DNA of 64,000 nucleotides from a virus (Duplodnaviria; Heunggongvirae; Uroviricota; Caudoviricetes): IMG/VR virus record IMGVR_UViG_3300042922_001472; one strand, 5' to 3'. Shown piece by piece: positions 9,960 to 20,146 of this stretch (position 1 is its first letter; each line of letters starts with the position of its first letter). The notes under the pieces were generated by a model. It saw only the letters and a program-made list of their open reading frames with translations, ran no database searches and was not told where the DNA came from. The position numbers and the translations under genes were made by a program.

Positions 9960-10270
9960 GGAGACTTTATAGGTTGAGAAAAATTGCTAAAGAATTAAAT
10001 GATATTAGATTCAGGAATAATTTAAGTGAAATTCAATAGAGAACAGAAAGTTTAAGTCTCGCTTATTATGAAACCCATAAACAATGAAATGAAGTAAATT
10101 TGCTAACAAGAGGTGAATGTAAATATAGAGACTGTAAAGTAATTTTAATGAAATTATCTAAGGAAACAAATGAACTTGAGAAAGACATGAAATATGACAA
10201 ATATATGAATTATTAGAAGTAAATTTAGAGCTAAATATTAAAATTAAATTATTATACTAAAAAATTAAAG
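9960..10270 (+). pseudogene. possible decayed gene remnant
   Basis: Coding-like composition, but every frame is broken by stops within a 340-bp ORF-free gap. Confidence 0.2.
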
Positions 10271-10278
10271 GAGCAATT

Positions 10279-11757
10279 ATGAAGTACGATGTAATTATAG
10301 TTGGAGCAGGACCTTCGGGAATTTTTACAGCTTATGAGTTATCTAAAGAAAATAAAAACATTTCCATTTTAATGATAGAAAAGGGTAAAGCAATAGAAAA
10401 TAGAATATGCCCTAAAAGAGTTACTAAAAGGTGTGTGAATTGTAAACCTTCTTGTCGTATAACTACAGGTTTTGCAGGAGCTGGTGCTTTTAGTGATTCA
10501 AAATTGTCTAAATCGGTAGATGTTGGAGGTGATTTGCCTCAGTTAATTGGATATGAAAAAGCACAAAAGCTTATAAACGAAACCGATGAAGTATATTTAA
10601 AATTTGGTGGAAATAAGTCTGTATATGGAACTAAAATCAATGGAGAAATTAAAGAAATTAAAAAAAAAGCTATTGAGAATAATCTAAAACTTATAAGTTG
10701 CCCAATAAGACATTTAGGTACAGATGGTGGATATAAAATATATACTGATTTTCAAAATCACCTTTTATCAAGTGGTGTTAATATAATTTTTGATACTATG
10801 GTTGATGATTTAATAATAAAGAATAATGAAATAAAGGGTGTGAAAATAAAAAGCGTTAGTGAATCAGATTTGATAAATGCATTTGATGAAGTTTCTCTTG
10901 AAGAAGAACCTTATCGTGACATGAGATATGTAAGTAAAAAGGTTTATTCTGACAAGGTAGTTCTTGCTGTTGGAAGAGAAGGTTCTGAATGGTTAGAAAA
11001 TATTTGTAAATATCATAATATTAATACTGCAGTAGGAAGTATTGATATAGGTGTTAGAGTAGAAGTAAAAGATACCATTATGGAAAAATTAAATAAAAAT
11101 CTTTATGAAAGTAAATTAATTTACTATACACCAACATTTGATGATAAAGTCAGAGTTTTTTGCAGTAATCCTTCGGGAGAAGTTACTACAGAATATTATG
11201 ATGGAAACCTTGCAGTAGTTAATGGTCATGCATATAATGCAAAAGAATTAAAAACTGAAAATACAAATTTTGCATTACTTGTTACTCAGAATTTTAAAGA
11301 ACCTTTTAAATCACCAATAGCATATGGAAAACATATAGCAAGACTTGGAAATATGTTAGCTGGAAATAAAATTATTGTTCAAAGATATGGTGACTTTAAA
11401 AGAGGGAGAAGGACTACCGAAGAAAGATTGTATAGAAACAATATTATACCAACTCTTAAAGATGCTGTTCCTGGTGATTTGTCATTGGTATTACCTTATC
11501 GAATTATGAAAGATTTAGTGGAGATGATAGAGGCATTAAATGGAGTAGTCCCAGGATTAGCAAGTGATGAATTATTGTTGTATGGAGTAGAGGTTAAATT
11601 TTATAGTAATAAGGTTATAATAGACGAAAACTTTGAAACAAATATAAAAGGTTTGTATGGTCTTGGTGACGGGGTTGGTATAACAAGAGGATTGATGCAA
11701 AGTTCAGCTATGGGGCTTCAAATGGGAAGAATTTTAAGTAAAAAAAATTACAATTAA
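10279..11757 (+). CDS. FAD-dependent oxidoreductase (uncharacterised FAD-dependent dehydrogenase family)
   Basis: N-terminal Rossmann motif DVIIVGAGPSGI; RBS AAAGGAGC. Confidence 0.75.
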   Translation: MKYDVIIVGAGPSGIFTAYELSKENKNISILMIEKGKAIENRICPKRVTKRCVNCKPSCRITTGFAGAGAFSDSKLSKSVDVGGDLPQLIGYEKAQKLINETDEVYLKFGGNKSVYGTKINGEIKEIKKKAIENNLKLISCPIRHLGTDGGYKIYTDFQNHLLSSGVNIIFDTMVDDLIIKNNEIKGVKIKSVSESDLINAFDEVSLEEEPYRDMRYVSKKVYSDKVVLAVGREGSEWLENICKYHNINTAVGSIDIGVRVEVKDTIMEKLNKNLYESKLIYYTPTFDDKVRVFCSNPSGEVTTEYYDGNLAVVNGHAYNAKELKTENTNFALLVTQNFKEPFKSPIAYGKHIARLGNMLAGNKIIVQRYGDFKRGRRTTEERLYRNNIIPTLKDAVPGDLSLVLPYRIMKDLVEMIEALNGVVPGLASDELLLYGVEVKFYSNKVIIDENFETNIKGLYGLGDGVGITRGLMQSSAMGLQMGRILSKKNYN

Positions 11758-11770
11758 AATTTTACAAATA

Positions 11771-11810
11771 TATTAAGAGGATATAGGATATTCTATATCC
11801 TCTTAATATA
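11771..11810 (+). terminator. long stem-loop downstream of the oxidoreductase gene (no clear U-tract)
   Basis: 16-bp stem TATTAAGAGGATATAG / TATATCCTCTTAATA. Confidence 0.4.
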
Positions 11811-11832
11811 AAAAAGAGAGGAGTTTGTTAAA

Positions 11833-11999
11833 ATGGATACAAATACATTGATAATTTCTGCAATTATTTTATTTATTTTGATAATGTTGGCAGGTTGTTT
11901 TAATTTAATTATGTGGTTACAAAAAATAATATTAATTACATTGATTATAGCTTTAATAGGTGTTATTATAGCAGTTTTTGATTATAAAAATAAAGATTA
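11833..11999 (+). CDS. small hydrophobic membrane peptide (about 55 aa; not in the ORF track)
   Basis: RBS AGAGGAG is 8 nt before the ATG; the translation is I/L-rich and could span the membrane twice. Confidence 0.35.
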
Positions 12000-12094
12000 A
12001 GTTCTAAATTTCAACAAAAAATCACTTAATACGTATCCCTTTATTATCTGTATCCTTATTGCGTAAAATAAAGAAAGTTAATAAGGAGGTAATT

Positions 12095-12985
12095 ATGATA
12101 ATTGGATGTAAGTCAGCTTTAATTGAAACGCAACTAATTGATAGGAAAAATAAGGGTGTAGAATATATTGAAATTCACGCATTTATTGATGATTTTACTG
12201 ATATAAATAGTTTACTAAATCGTAAGAATTTATTATTAAAAAATAAATTAAAAGCTTATTGTGTACATGCTCCTATTGTATATAACACAAAAGACCAGAT
12301 AGAATTAACAACTAACAATGAAGAGTTGAGAAAAGAAAATGATATATTATATAAAAAAGTAATACAGTTTGCTAATGAATTTTGTGATGTTCCAAATCCA
12401 ATAGTAGTTATACATCCAGGTGGACTATTCATGCCTTCTGAAAATCAATGTTCAATAGAAGGTTTTTATAAAGAACAACGTGATAAATTTCATAAAGAAA
12501 TCAGTGAAATACAAAATTTCATTACTGAAAACTATCCTAATGTAATAGTTGCAATAGAAAATAATGTAAGATACTTGAACATAAATAATAATACGTATAT
12601 GTATGCCTACGGATTTGAAGATGACATTGTTAGTTGGATATATGAATTAGATTATGAAAATATTGGGACCACCTTAGATATTCGCAATTGCATGTCTGTT
12701 ATAGATTATAATTTAAAAAATAATATCAAATCTGATTTCATTAAAATAGAAGATTTTATTGATGCATATATACCTAACTTAAAGTTAATCCATTTGTCAA
12801 AAGGATATATTGATACTATTAAACATGGACAAGCTTTCTTTAAAACTAACAAGGAAGATATAGATTGTTTTGAAAAAATATTTAAAAAGCTTAATAATTA
12901 TAGATATAACGGAGCTGTTACTATTGAAACAAATGAAATAAATATAGATTATGCTCTTAATTATTTAAGTACAAAAAAGCAATAA
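12095..12985 (+). CDS. xylose-isomerase-like TIM-barrel protein (sugar phosphate isomerase/epimerase or AP-endonuclease family 2-like)
   Basis: Start moved to 12095, which follows TAAGGAGG. Motifs CVHAPIVYN, VVIHPGG and VAIENN resemble Endo IV/TIM-barrel metal-binding strands. Confidence 0.45.
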   Translation: MIIGCKSALIETQLIDRKNKGVEYIEIHAFIDDFTDINSLLNRKNLLLKNKLKAYCVHAPIVYNTKDQIELTTNNEELRKENDILYKKVIQFANEFCDVPNPIVVIHPGGLFMPSENQCSIEGFYKEQRDKFHKEISEIQNFITENYPNVIVAIENNVRYLNINNNTYMYAYGFEDDIVSWIYELDYENIGTTLDIRNCMSVIDYNLKNNIKSDFIKIEDFIDAYIPNLKLIHLSKGYIDTIKHGQAFFKTNKEDIDCFEKIFKKLNNYRYNGAVTIETNEINIDYALNYLSTKKQ

Positions 12986-13152
12986 CTGAAGCATGCAAAT
13001 AATAGATATATAAATAAATTATATAATCTTCTATTGGTTAAGTATTATTAAAAATTAATGTTTTAAGTATAATAAATAAAGCCTATACAAAAGGTGAGCA
13101 TTTGCTTATATTAAAAAAATATAAAGAAGAAATTTACTTAGGAGATGGTATT

Positions 13153-13590
13153 ATGTATTTACAAAGGTTTATTAGTTGGATTATAGGTATTGGAGTAATA
13201 TGTGTTTTGTTGGGAGTTTTTATTGAATCAATAATAGAATATGTTCCATATTTAGTAGCAGGATTAGCTATGGCGACACCATTTTATGGATTATATCGTA
13301 AAATTGGCAAATATGGTCATTTTATAACTGTAGGACTAAAATCTGTATTAAAAGAATTAAAAGATGTATATAAAGAAAACAAAGCTTCAGTAGGTATATA
13401 TATTGCATGTTTTTATATAGCAGTTAAATTTCATAAAGCTTTATTACTTATGGCTTTTAAAACAACAATATTTACTATATTAGGACTTTGCTTTATGTGT
13501 ATTACATGGATGACTATAAGAACACTTTTAAAAATTGTAAAAAAAGTGGAAATATTGTCTTTCAAAGAAGCAATTATGGGAGCTTTGTAA
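13153..13590 (+). CDS. membrane protein (3-4 predicted TM helices)
   Basis: RBS AGGAGATGG; hydrophobic segments. Confidence 0.5.
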   Translation: MYLQRFISWIIGIGVICVLLGVFIESIIEYVPYLVAGLAMATPFYGLYRKIGKYGHFITVGLKSVLKELKDVYKENKASVGIYIACFYIAVKFHKALLLMAFKTTIFTILGLCFMCITWMTIRTLLKIVKKVEILSFKEAIMGAL

Positions 13591-13600
13591 TTCCATTTTT

Positions 13601-13631
13601 TAAGAGGAAGATAAAAATTCCTCTTATTTTC
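13601..13631 (+). terminator. intrinsic terminator
   Basis: AAGAGGAAG-loop-TTCCTCTT followed by ATTTTC. Confidence 0.6.
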
Positions 13632-13647
13632 TTATTAGGAGGTCATT

Positions 13648-15156
13648 ATGAAGGAAAAAGAAATACTTTTAAAAATAGCAAATGATATAGATAAAATTGG
13701 AGGGAAAGTATTTTATGTTGGGGGATATGTAAGAGACTTATTTACAAATAAACCTAACAAAGATATAGATGTTGAGATTTATGGAATTTCTGTTCCAGAT
13801 TTCTTAAATATATTATCTAAATACGGAATAGTTGATAAGGTTGGAGCTTCGTTTGGAATATTTATGATACATGGATTGGATATAGATTTTGCACTTCCAA
13901 GAAAAGAAATAAAAGCAAACGTAAATCATGAATTAAAACTTGTTAAAATTCCACATAAATATGTATTGAATTATATTTTACAAATAAAATCAAGTTATCC
14001 TGATTATGAAGTAATTATTGAAGAAAAGCATAAATTTGGTCATAAAGATTTTATTGTTATTTATGATACGTTTATGTCTTTTGAAGAATCAACAAGAAGA
14101 CGGGATTTTACATGTAATGGAATGATGAAGGATGTGTTAAGTGGAGAAGTAATAGACTTATGGGGAGGAATTAAAGATATAGAAAATAGATGCATACGTC
14201 ATATTGATAGTCAGACATTTATAGAAGATTCTCTCAGAGTTTTTAGAGCTTGTCAATTTGCTTCAAGATTTGAGTTTACTGTATGTAAAGAGACTTTGAA
14301 TTTGTGCAGAAATATAGATTTAACAAACCTTTCTAAAGAAAGAATTTATGAGGAAATAAAAAAGTCTTTATTAAAAAGTGATAAACCTTCTATTGCTTTC
14401 GAAGTTATGAGAGAAATGGGAGTAATTAAAAGCACTTTTCCTGAATTGTATGAGATGATTAATTGCCCTCAAAATCCAAAATATCATCCAGAAGGAGATG
14501 TTTGGAATCATACAATGTTGGTTTTGGATAAAGCTTCTAAATTAAAAGATAGCTCACTTGATAGTGAAATTTTTATGCTAAGTGCACTTCTTCATGATAT
14601 TGGTAAGCCTAAATCAACACAGATAATAGACGATAAAATAACATCAAATGGTCATGAAAAAATTGGTGTTGAAATTGCAAAAAGTTTACTCGAAAGAATT
14701 ACTAATGATAAAAGAATTATTGAAGGTGTTCTTAATATTATCGAAAATCACATGATTCCAGTATCTTTATTTAATGGAAAAGCATCTGATAAAGCGATAA
14801 GAAAGTTTTCTTTAAAAACTAACATAGACAATATTCTATTATTTATGCAGGCAGATTTTTCAGGTAAGGCAGAACAAGAAAAAGAAATAAATGAGATTCT
14901 AATGTGGTTTAAAAGTAAACTTGTAGAAACGGGAGCAGATAAAGAAATAAAACCTATTATTACAGGAAAAGATTTAATAAATATGGGTTTAATTCCAGGT
15001 AAAGAGTTTGGAGTTATTTTAAATAAAGCTTTCGATTTACAACTTGATGGTTTGGATAGACAACAAATAATATCGAATTTTTTTGACTATAGTGAAATAT
15101 TGTATTACAATAGGAAAGGTCATGAGATTAATATGTTGACTATAAAGCATAAATGA
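13648..15156 (+). CDS. cca: CCA-adding tRNA nucleotidyltransferase with C-terminal HD domain
   Basis: Pol-beta head GGYVRDLF...DIDVEIYG, RRDFTCN motif, HD motif LLHDIGK; RBS TAGGAGG. Confidence 0.8.
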   Translation: MKEKEILLKIANDIDKIGGKVFYVGGYVRDLFTNKPNKDIDVEIYGISVPDFLNILSKYGIVDKVGASFGIFMIHGLDIDFALPRKEIKANVNHELKLVKIPHKYVLNYILQIKSSYPDYEVIIEEKHKFGHKDFIVIYDTFMSFEESTRRRDFTCNGMMKDVLSGEVIDLWGGIKDIENRCIRHIDSQTFIEDSLRVFRACQFASRFEFTVCKETLNLCRNIDLTNLSKERIYEEIKKSLLKSDKPSIAFEVMREMGVIKSTFPELYEMINCPQNPKYHPEGDVWNHTMLVLDKASKLKDSSLDSEIFMLSALLHDIGKPKSTQIIDDKITSNGHEKIGVEIAKSLLERITNDKRIIEGVLNIIENHMIPVSLFNGKASDKAIRKFSLKTNIDNILLFMQADFSGKAEQEKEINEILMWFKSKLVETGADKEIKPIITGKDLINMGLIPGKEFGVILNKAFDLQLDGLDRQQIISNFFDYSEILYYNRKGHEINMLTIKHK

Positions 15157-15186
15157 ATTATACTGACAATAGTACGTTGGTATAAT
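15136..15186 (+). promoter_or_regulatory. promoter TTGACT-17-TATACT followed by operator-like GACAATAGTACG and a second TATAAT
   Basis: Overlaps the 3' end of cca and precedes the HD-GYP gene. Carries operator half-sites. Confidence 0.45.
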
Positions 15187-15209
15187 TTAAAGTTTTTAAA
15201 GGAGGACAA

Positions 15210-15803
15210 TTGGATAAAATATTAAAAAAAAGCGTAGAACTTTTAGTAGAAAGTAATTTAGAGATATTTGTTCACTCAAATAGAGTTAAAGAGCTTGCTA
15301 ATTCTTTTGGAATTTATTTGGGATTACCCTTTAAAGATATAATTAATCTTAGAACAGGTGCTTTAGTTCATGACATAGGAAAAGTTTTTATCCCTTCTGA
15401 TATATTACTAAAGACAAGAATTTTAACAAAAGAGGAATTTGCTATTATAAAAAAGCATCCTGCTTTAGGACATGAATATATTTCTGAGAAAGAATATAAT
15501 AATTATAATGATTTACTTTTTAAAGATATTGATGACATTATTTATCAACACCACGAAAGAATAGATGGTAAGGGATATCCTAATAAACTTATAAATAATG
15601 AAATTAACTTTTTATCTAAAATAGTATCTATTTGTGATAGCTATGATGCTATGGTTTCCCAAAGAGTTTATAAAAATCCTTTAACTAATCAGTATGCTTT
15701 ATCTCAAATAGAAAAAGGTCTGGGTACACAGTTTGATGTGTATTTCGGTAAAGAGTTTATTTCATATATGAATAAGGAATGTTTAAATAGAAATGTAATT
15801 TAA
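15210..15803 (+). CDS. HD-GYP domain phosphohydrolase
   Basis: HDIGK and HHERIDGKGYP motifs; RBS AAAGGAGGA. Confidence 0.75.
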   Translation: MDKILKKSVELLVESNLEIFVHSNRVKELANSFGIYLGLPFKDIINLRTGALVHDIGKVFIPSDILLKTRILTKEEFAIIKKHPALGHEYISEKEYNNYNDLLFKDIDDIIYQHHERIDGKGYPNKLINNEINFLSKIVSICDSYDAMVSQRVYKNPLTNQYALSQIEKGLGTQFDVYFGKEFISYMNKECLNRNVI

Positions 15804-16020
15804 TGAGGTATAAAACTTAAATTAAAAAATAGTACTTGTATTATAGCAGGTGCTATTTTTTTATATAGTTTAATATTTTTAGCATATTTCAATTATCCAT
15901 ATAATAGAAATATAGTAAAAAGATACAAATTTTACTGGTAAATTTAATACGTTTGCTGTATAATGACATTGTTATTGGTTACAAATAAAAATTTATTCCA
16001 CTATAACTACAGGATGAAAT

Positions 16021-16353
16021 ATGAGAAATTTTTATGATTTGAAAGATATTCTTGAAGGATATCCAGCAGAATTCAATAAAGGAAAATATCAATTTCACCA
16101 AGATGGAGTTGGTAATTCTAAATTAACAATTATGGATAGTATCGGAGATGGATTAGAATTAGAATTTAGATTTAGAGCAAATCCATATTTTGATTATGAT
16201 ACCGTTCATCCAATAATTTTGGAAAAGGGTGGCGAAACTTATAGAGATACTACATACGACAATTGTGCTATTACGCCTGAAACAAGTTTAACACATTTAT
16301 ATGATAGTAGTTATTGTAATCCAGAATTGTTAAATATACTTTTAGATTTATAA
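16021..16353 (+). CDS. hypothetical protein (110 aa)
   Basis: ORF; no motif recognised. Confidence 0.45.
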   Translation: MRNFYDLKDILEGYPAEFNKGKYQFHQDGVGNSKLTIMDSIGDGLELEFRFRANPYFDYDTVHPIILEKGGETYRDTTYDNCAITPETSLTHLYDSSYCNPELLNILLDL

Positions 16354-16383
16354 AATAGTGATTAATCAATAAATTATAATAAC

Positions 16384-16425
16384 AAAAACACAATGAAGTG
16401 ATATTATTTCATTGTGTTTTTGTTA
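16384..16425 (+). terminator. intrinsic terminator
   Basis: 14-bp stem AAAAACACAATGAA / TTCATTGTGTTTTT followed by a T-run. Confidence 0.75.
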
Positions 16426-16455
16426 TATATTAAACGGTATTAATCATCTAAAGCA

Positions 16456-16496
16456 TTGACTATAGTCAATTGACCTGATATCATATTTTCTATAAG
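16456..16496 (+). promoter_or_regulatory. promoter with perfect palindrome TTGACTATAGTCAA followed by a second TTGACC
   Basis: Palindrome at 16456-16469; -10 candidates TATCAT and TATAAG. Confidence 0.55.
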
Positions 16497-16523
16497 GTTA
16501 CATTAATTTAGAGGAGGCTTAAT

Positions 16524-16724
16524 ATGGAAAGTTTATCAGTTGGTGATTATATATTATATGAGTACATTACAAAGGAGTTTTACCCAGGGAAAATTGTGGC
16601 TATATCAAAAAACAATAAAGTTACAATTGAAATATGTATGAATAAAAGAAAAAGTGAAGGTATGGATACCGAAGTATTAGAGGCTAATATAAATAAAATT
16701 ATACCGAGAAATACAATTTACTAA
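16524..16724 (+). CDS. hypothetical small protein (66 aa)
   Basis: RBS AGAGGAGG. Confidence 0.45.
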   Translation: MESLSVGDYILYEYITKEFYPGKIVAISKNNKVTIEICMNKRKSEGMDTEVLEANINKIIPRNTIY

Positions 16725-16741
16725 ATTATAGTAAAATATAA

Positions 16742-16770
16742 TTTACATATTGCTAAAAATGTGGTATAAT
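16742..16770 (+). promoter_or_regulatory. promoter TTTACA-17-TATAAT with extended -10 (AAAATGTGGTATAATGTA family)
   Basis: Same 18-nt extended -10 block as at 27443-27460 and 58079-58096. Confidence 0.6.
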
Positions 16771-16795
16771 GTATTTATATCAATTGGAGGTAAAT

Positions 16796-17962
16796 ATGAC
16801 TATAGAAAATATAGGAAATAAAGAAAATATAGTTTTTATTATAGATGCAATGAATTTAATGCATAGAAGCTTTTACGCTTATCCAAATCTTAAAAGCAAA
16901 ACTACTGGCATTTCAACTGGTGCATTTTTTGGATTTGTTCAATATATTAAGGGCTTTGTTAATAAATATAATCCTAAACATATAATTGTCTGTTCAGACG
17001 CACATAGAAAAACATTTAGGAATGATATTTACCCAGCTTATAAAGCTAATAGAAAAGAAACAGATGAAGCTTTAAGAGAACAATTCCCTCTCATGGAAGA
17101 ATATCTTAAGCTTGCAAATGTTCCGTTTATTAAAAAGGATAGATACGAAGCAGATGACTTAATTGGTACATTATCAAAAAAAGCTAAACTATTTGGATAT
17201 AAACCGTATGTAGTATCAGGAGATAGTGATTTGCACCAATTAATAAATGAAGATGTTACTCAGTTATATATTGGAACAAAAAATACTGCGTTTATGGGGG
17301 GGAAAGAGGTTGCTGAAAAGTATGATGGGCTTTTACCTTCTAATATGATTGATTTTAAATCATTAACAGGGGATACGTCAGATAATATACCAGGGGTTGC
17401 AGGTATAGGTAGGGTTTCAGCTATAAAATTACTAAAAGAATATAAAACACTTGAAGGTATATATGAGAATATTGAAAGTCTAAAAGGAAAGCAAAGGGAA
17501 AACCTTGAAAGAGACAAGGATATTGCATTTATGTCTAAAACATTGGTAACGATAAAATGTGATATGGACTTGAATTTTAATGGACTTTTTAATCCAGATA
17601 CTATATTTCAGTTGGGAAATAAAAATGCAGTTACATTTTTAAGAGGTTTAGATATACAATTATTCAAAAATGAAGAAATAGTTGAAAATGAAGAGTTAAA
17701 ACTTCCATTTGATATAATAGAGGATAATGAAAATAATGTTTATTTTCAAAGCATATTAAAATATCCTGGGTGCGTATCAAAAGAAGGCTTAGAAATATAT
17801 GTATATTCATTATTATTTGACGATAAAAATAGAAATAAACTTAAAGAAATGATTTTGAATGCAAAATCAAATCTTTTAAATGAATTTGATAGTAATAAAA
17901 AAATGATTAACAAATTAGAAATGTCGAATAGTGAATTGATGAAAACTCTTGGACTAATATAA
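16796..17962 (+). CDS. 5'-3' exonuclease / flap endonuclease (Pol I N-terminal-domain-like)
   Basis: Start moved to 16796, which follows GGAGG. PIN-like region with acidic clusters; H3TH region GDTSDNIPGVAGIG. Confidence 0.75.
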   Translation: MTIENIGNKENIVFIIDAMNLMHRSFYAYPNLKSKTTGISTGAFFGFVQYIKGFVNKYNPKHIIVCSDAHRKTFRNDIYPAYKANRKETDEALREQFPLMEEYLKLANVPFIKKDRYEADDLIGTLSKKAKLFGYKPYVVSGDSDLHQLINEDVTQLYIGTKNTAFMGGKEVAEKYDGLLPSNMIDFKSLTGDTSDNIPGVAGIGRVSAIKLLKEYKTLEGIYENIESLKGKQRENLERDKDIAFMSKTLVTIKCDMDLNFNGLFNPDTIFQLGNKNAVTFLRGLDIQLFKNEEIVENEELKLPFDIIEDNENNVYFQSILKYPGCVSKEGLEIYVYSLLFDDKNRNKLKEMILNAKSNLLNEFDSNKKMINKLEMSNSELMKTLGLI

Positions 17963-17971
17963 GTTCAAATT

Positions 17972-18000
17972 AAGCCTTTGAAATATAAGGCTTTTTTATT
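17972..18000 (+). terminator. intrinsic terminator
   Basis: AAGCCTT-loop-AAGGCTT followed by TTTTT. Confidence 0.7.
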
Positions 18001-18060
18001 GCAAAATTTATATTAATTGTAATAGAAAAATACAAAAAACTTAAAAGAGAGGTATAAACA

Positions 18061-18804
18061 ATGAAAATAAGAGATAATTTTAATGAAAAAAAGAAAGATT
18101 TCTTTAAAAACGCTTTCAAAATTACGATGGGATTAACTGTTTTTAGTTTAATGACAGTGACACAAGGTTTCTCTGTAGAAATGAAAACAACTGAAAATAA
18201 AATAGTATCAGAAACTTTACCAGAAGCTGTACCAGAACCATTTGTTTATTTTTCAGAAGCTGTAAAGCATGAAGAAGAAAATGGATTATTGGCGAATACA
18301 GTTAAAGAAATTGAAGAAGAACTTAGGGTAGCCGAAGAAGAAGCTGAAAGAATAGCTAAAGAAACCAAAGCTCCAGAGAGTGATTTCGTTCCGTTACCAA
18401 TAGAACAACAAGACTATTTGTTTAAGTTATGTAAAGAAAGAAATGTTGACTATAAAACTGCTTTGGCAGTAATGAAAATAGAGAGTAGGTTTGATGTAAA
18501 TGCTTATTATAAAGGCAATTACGGGTATTTTCAAATAAACCATGTTAATCATGATTCTTTAACAAAATTATTAGAAACTACAAGTAACCCACTTGAACCA
18601 TATACTAATATTAACTGGGGAACACATATGCTTTCTGATTTATTTAAACAATATACAGATGCAGGATTAACAGGTGAGACATTAATTAATTCAGTTTTAA
18701 GTAGTTATAACAAGGGTATTGGTGGTTTTAATAGAACAGGTTATGCAACAAAATATATTGAGAAATACAACATAGCATTAGAAGAAATTAATGGTTGGTT
18801 TTAA
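18061..18804 (+). CDS. secreted lytic transglycosylase-like protein (SLT domain)
   Basis: N-terminal TM/signal segment; catalytic-motif-like ESRFDVNAY..GNYGYFQIN; RBS AGAGAGG. Confidence 0.6.
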   Translation: MKIRDNFNEKKKDFFKNAFKITMGLTVFSLMTVTQGFSVEMKTTENKIVSETLPEAVPEPFVYFSEAVKHEEENGLLANTVKEIEEELRVAEEEAERIAKETKAPESDFVPLPIEQQDYLFKLCKERNVDYKTALAVMKIESRFDVNAYYKGNYGYFQINHVNHDSLTKLLETTSNPLEPYTNINWGTHMLSDLFKQYTDAGLTGETLINSVLSSYNKGIGGFNRTGYATKYIEKYNIALEEINGWF

Positions 18805-18836
18805 AAATAAGAAAGCATATTTTTTTCTTTTTGATA

Positions 18837-18865
18837 TTGACAATAGTCAATCATAGTATTATAAT
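18837..18865 (+). promoter_or_regulatory. promoter with perfect palindrome TTGACAATAGTCAA -17- TATAAT
   Basis: TTGACA 18837-18842; TATAAT 18860-18865. Confidence 0.7.
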
Positions 18866-18909
18866 ATCTATAGACTATATAATATATATAAATTAAAGGG
18901 AGATAAATT

Positions 18910-19311
18910 ATGTCATTTGCATATAATAAAAACTTGATACTTGAAGAAAATGAAGAATTACTTGAATTGGTAAAATCCATTCCTACACAAAATATAATTA
19001 CTACTATAATAAGAACATTAAACGATGAAGTAAGTATAGATAATTTAAAAGAGGAATTCGTAGAGCAATTTAAAAGATATTCAATCCCAAGAGTTGTAAC
19101 AGGAGAAAATATTAAATGCTTTTTTACTATTACATTAGATGGAATGTCAAAAGTTTGGGAAAATATAATATCTGATAATTACGAAGTTTTTGAAAGTGAA
19201 TATCCATTATATGAGAATGTTCTTGAATTTATTGATAAAACAATAGATGAAATAGATTTTGATGAAATATTTAAAGCAGAACTTCAGCTATTAAACAATA
19301 ATATAAAATAA
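18910..19311 (+). CDS. hypothetical protein (133 aa)
   Basis: RBS AAGGGAGA. Confidence 0.45.
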   Translation: MSFAYNKNLILEENEELLELVKSIPTQNIITTIIRTLNDEVSIDNLKEEFVEQFKRYSIPRVVTGENIKCFFTITLDGMSKVWENIISDNYEVFESEYPLYENVLEFIDKTIDEIDFDEIFKAELQLLNNNIK

Positions 19312-19436
19312 ACAAATAAAAAGTTTTTAACTAATTTTTGTAAGTAATAAACTTTACTATAATAAAGTAAAATAAAATGATACTTATATAAAAGGTTAAA
19401 AGCTTTTTTTATTTTTAAATAGGAGGATAGATAGTA

Positions 19437-20036
19437 TTGGATTTGAATATAGATTGTCAATTATTCTTAAAGGGCAAAAATGATTTTAAGCTTGAATTTT
19501 CAGAGCCATATCTAAATGATGATAGGGAAATTATATTTAAAAACAGTAGTTTACTATGTAAGTTGCCAAATTCAGAAATTATCGTAAATGAAGACAAAAA
19601 GGCGTTAGAGATTAGAAGTTATGATAAGAAAATTTTAATTTCATTAGATAATTATAAAGCAGAAATGCAAGAGATACTGTCTATAAAAAAATTAATTTTA
19701 AAGGATTTGTCTATATTATTGAAAAACTATAAAGAAGGAAATGAGAACATTATTGCATTTAATTTCGAAGAAGAAAATTATCCATTTTATATAACAACTC
19801 CTACTATTTTAAAGAATGGTCATTATTCGATAAAATATGAAAAAGGATTGGAATATTGGATAAAAGAAAGAGCGATGCAGTTAGGAAAAAAACTACAATT
19901 TATAGACTTTAACGACTTGCAAAAAAGGGCTGGAATGGCTCTTGCGAAAGCAAATCTAAAAGCCTTTAAAAAAGAAAAGAAGCAAAATTATGAATATTAC
20001 TGTATTTCTTTTGATGAATTGATAAATTTATTATAA
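19437..20036 (+). CDS. hypothetical protein (199 aa)
   Basis: RBS AGGAGGA; GTG/TTG-proximal start. Confidence 0.45.
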   Translation: MDLNIDCQLFLKGKNDFKLEFSEPYLNDDREIIFKNSSLLCKLPNSEIIVNEDKKALEIRSYDKKILISLDNYKAEMQEILSIKKLILKDLSILLKNYKEGNENIIAFNFEEENYPFYITTPTILKNGHYSIKYEKGLEYWIKERAMQLGKKLQFIDFNDLQKRAGMALAKANLKAFKKEKKQNYEYYCISFDELINLL

Positions 20037-20044
20037 AAGATTTA

Positions 20045-20072
20045 AAAAGACCTAAAAAGAGGTCTTTTTATT
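20045..20072 (+). terminator. intrinsic terminator
   Basis: AAAGACCT-loop-AGGTCTTT followed by a T-run. Confidence 0.7.
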
Positions 20073-20093
20073 TATTGTAAATGTAAAATATAA

Positions 20094-20122
20094 TTGACAT
20101 AAATTTTCAAAAATGATATAAT
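20094..20122 (+). promoter_or_regulatory. sigma-A promoter TTGACA-17-TATAAT
   Basis: Canonical hexamers upstream of the AAA+ gene. Confidence 0.6.
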
Positions 20123-20146
20123 AAAGAAAAAATATTGGAGTTATAT

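Noticed and set aside
12059-12094. Upstream start at 12059 for the TIM-barrel gene
   Set aside because: The ATG at 12095 is preceded by TAAGGAGG at ideal spacing; the 12059 start has no RBS.
13488-13685. 65-aa ORF overlapping the end of the 13153-13590 gene and its terminator
   Set aside because: It reads through the terminator hairpin and into the RBS of cca; a frame artefact.
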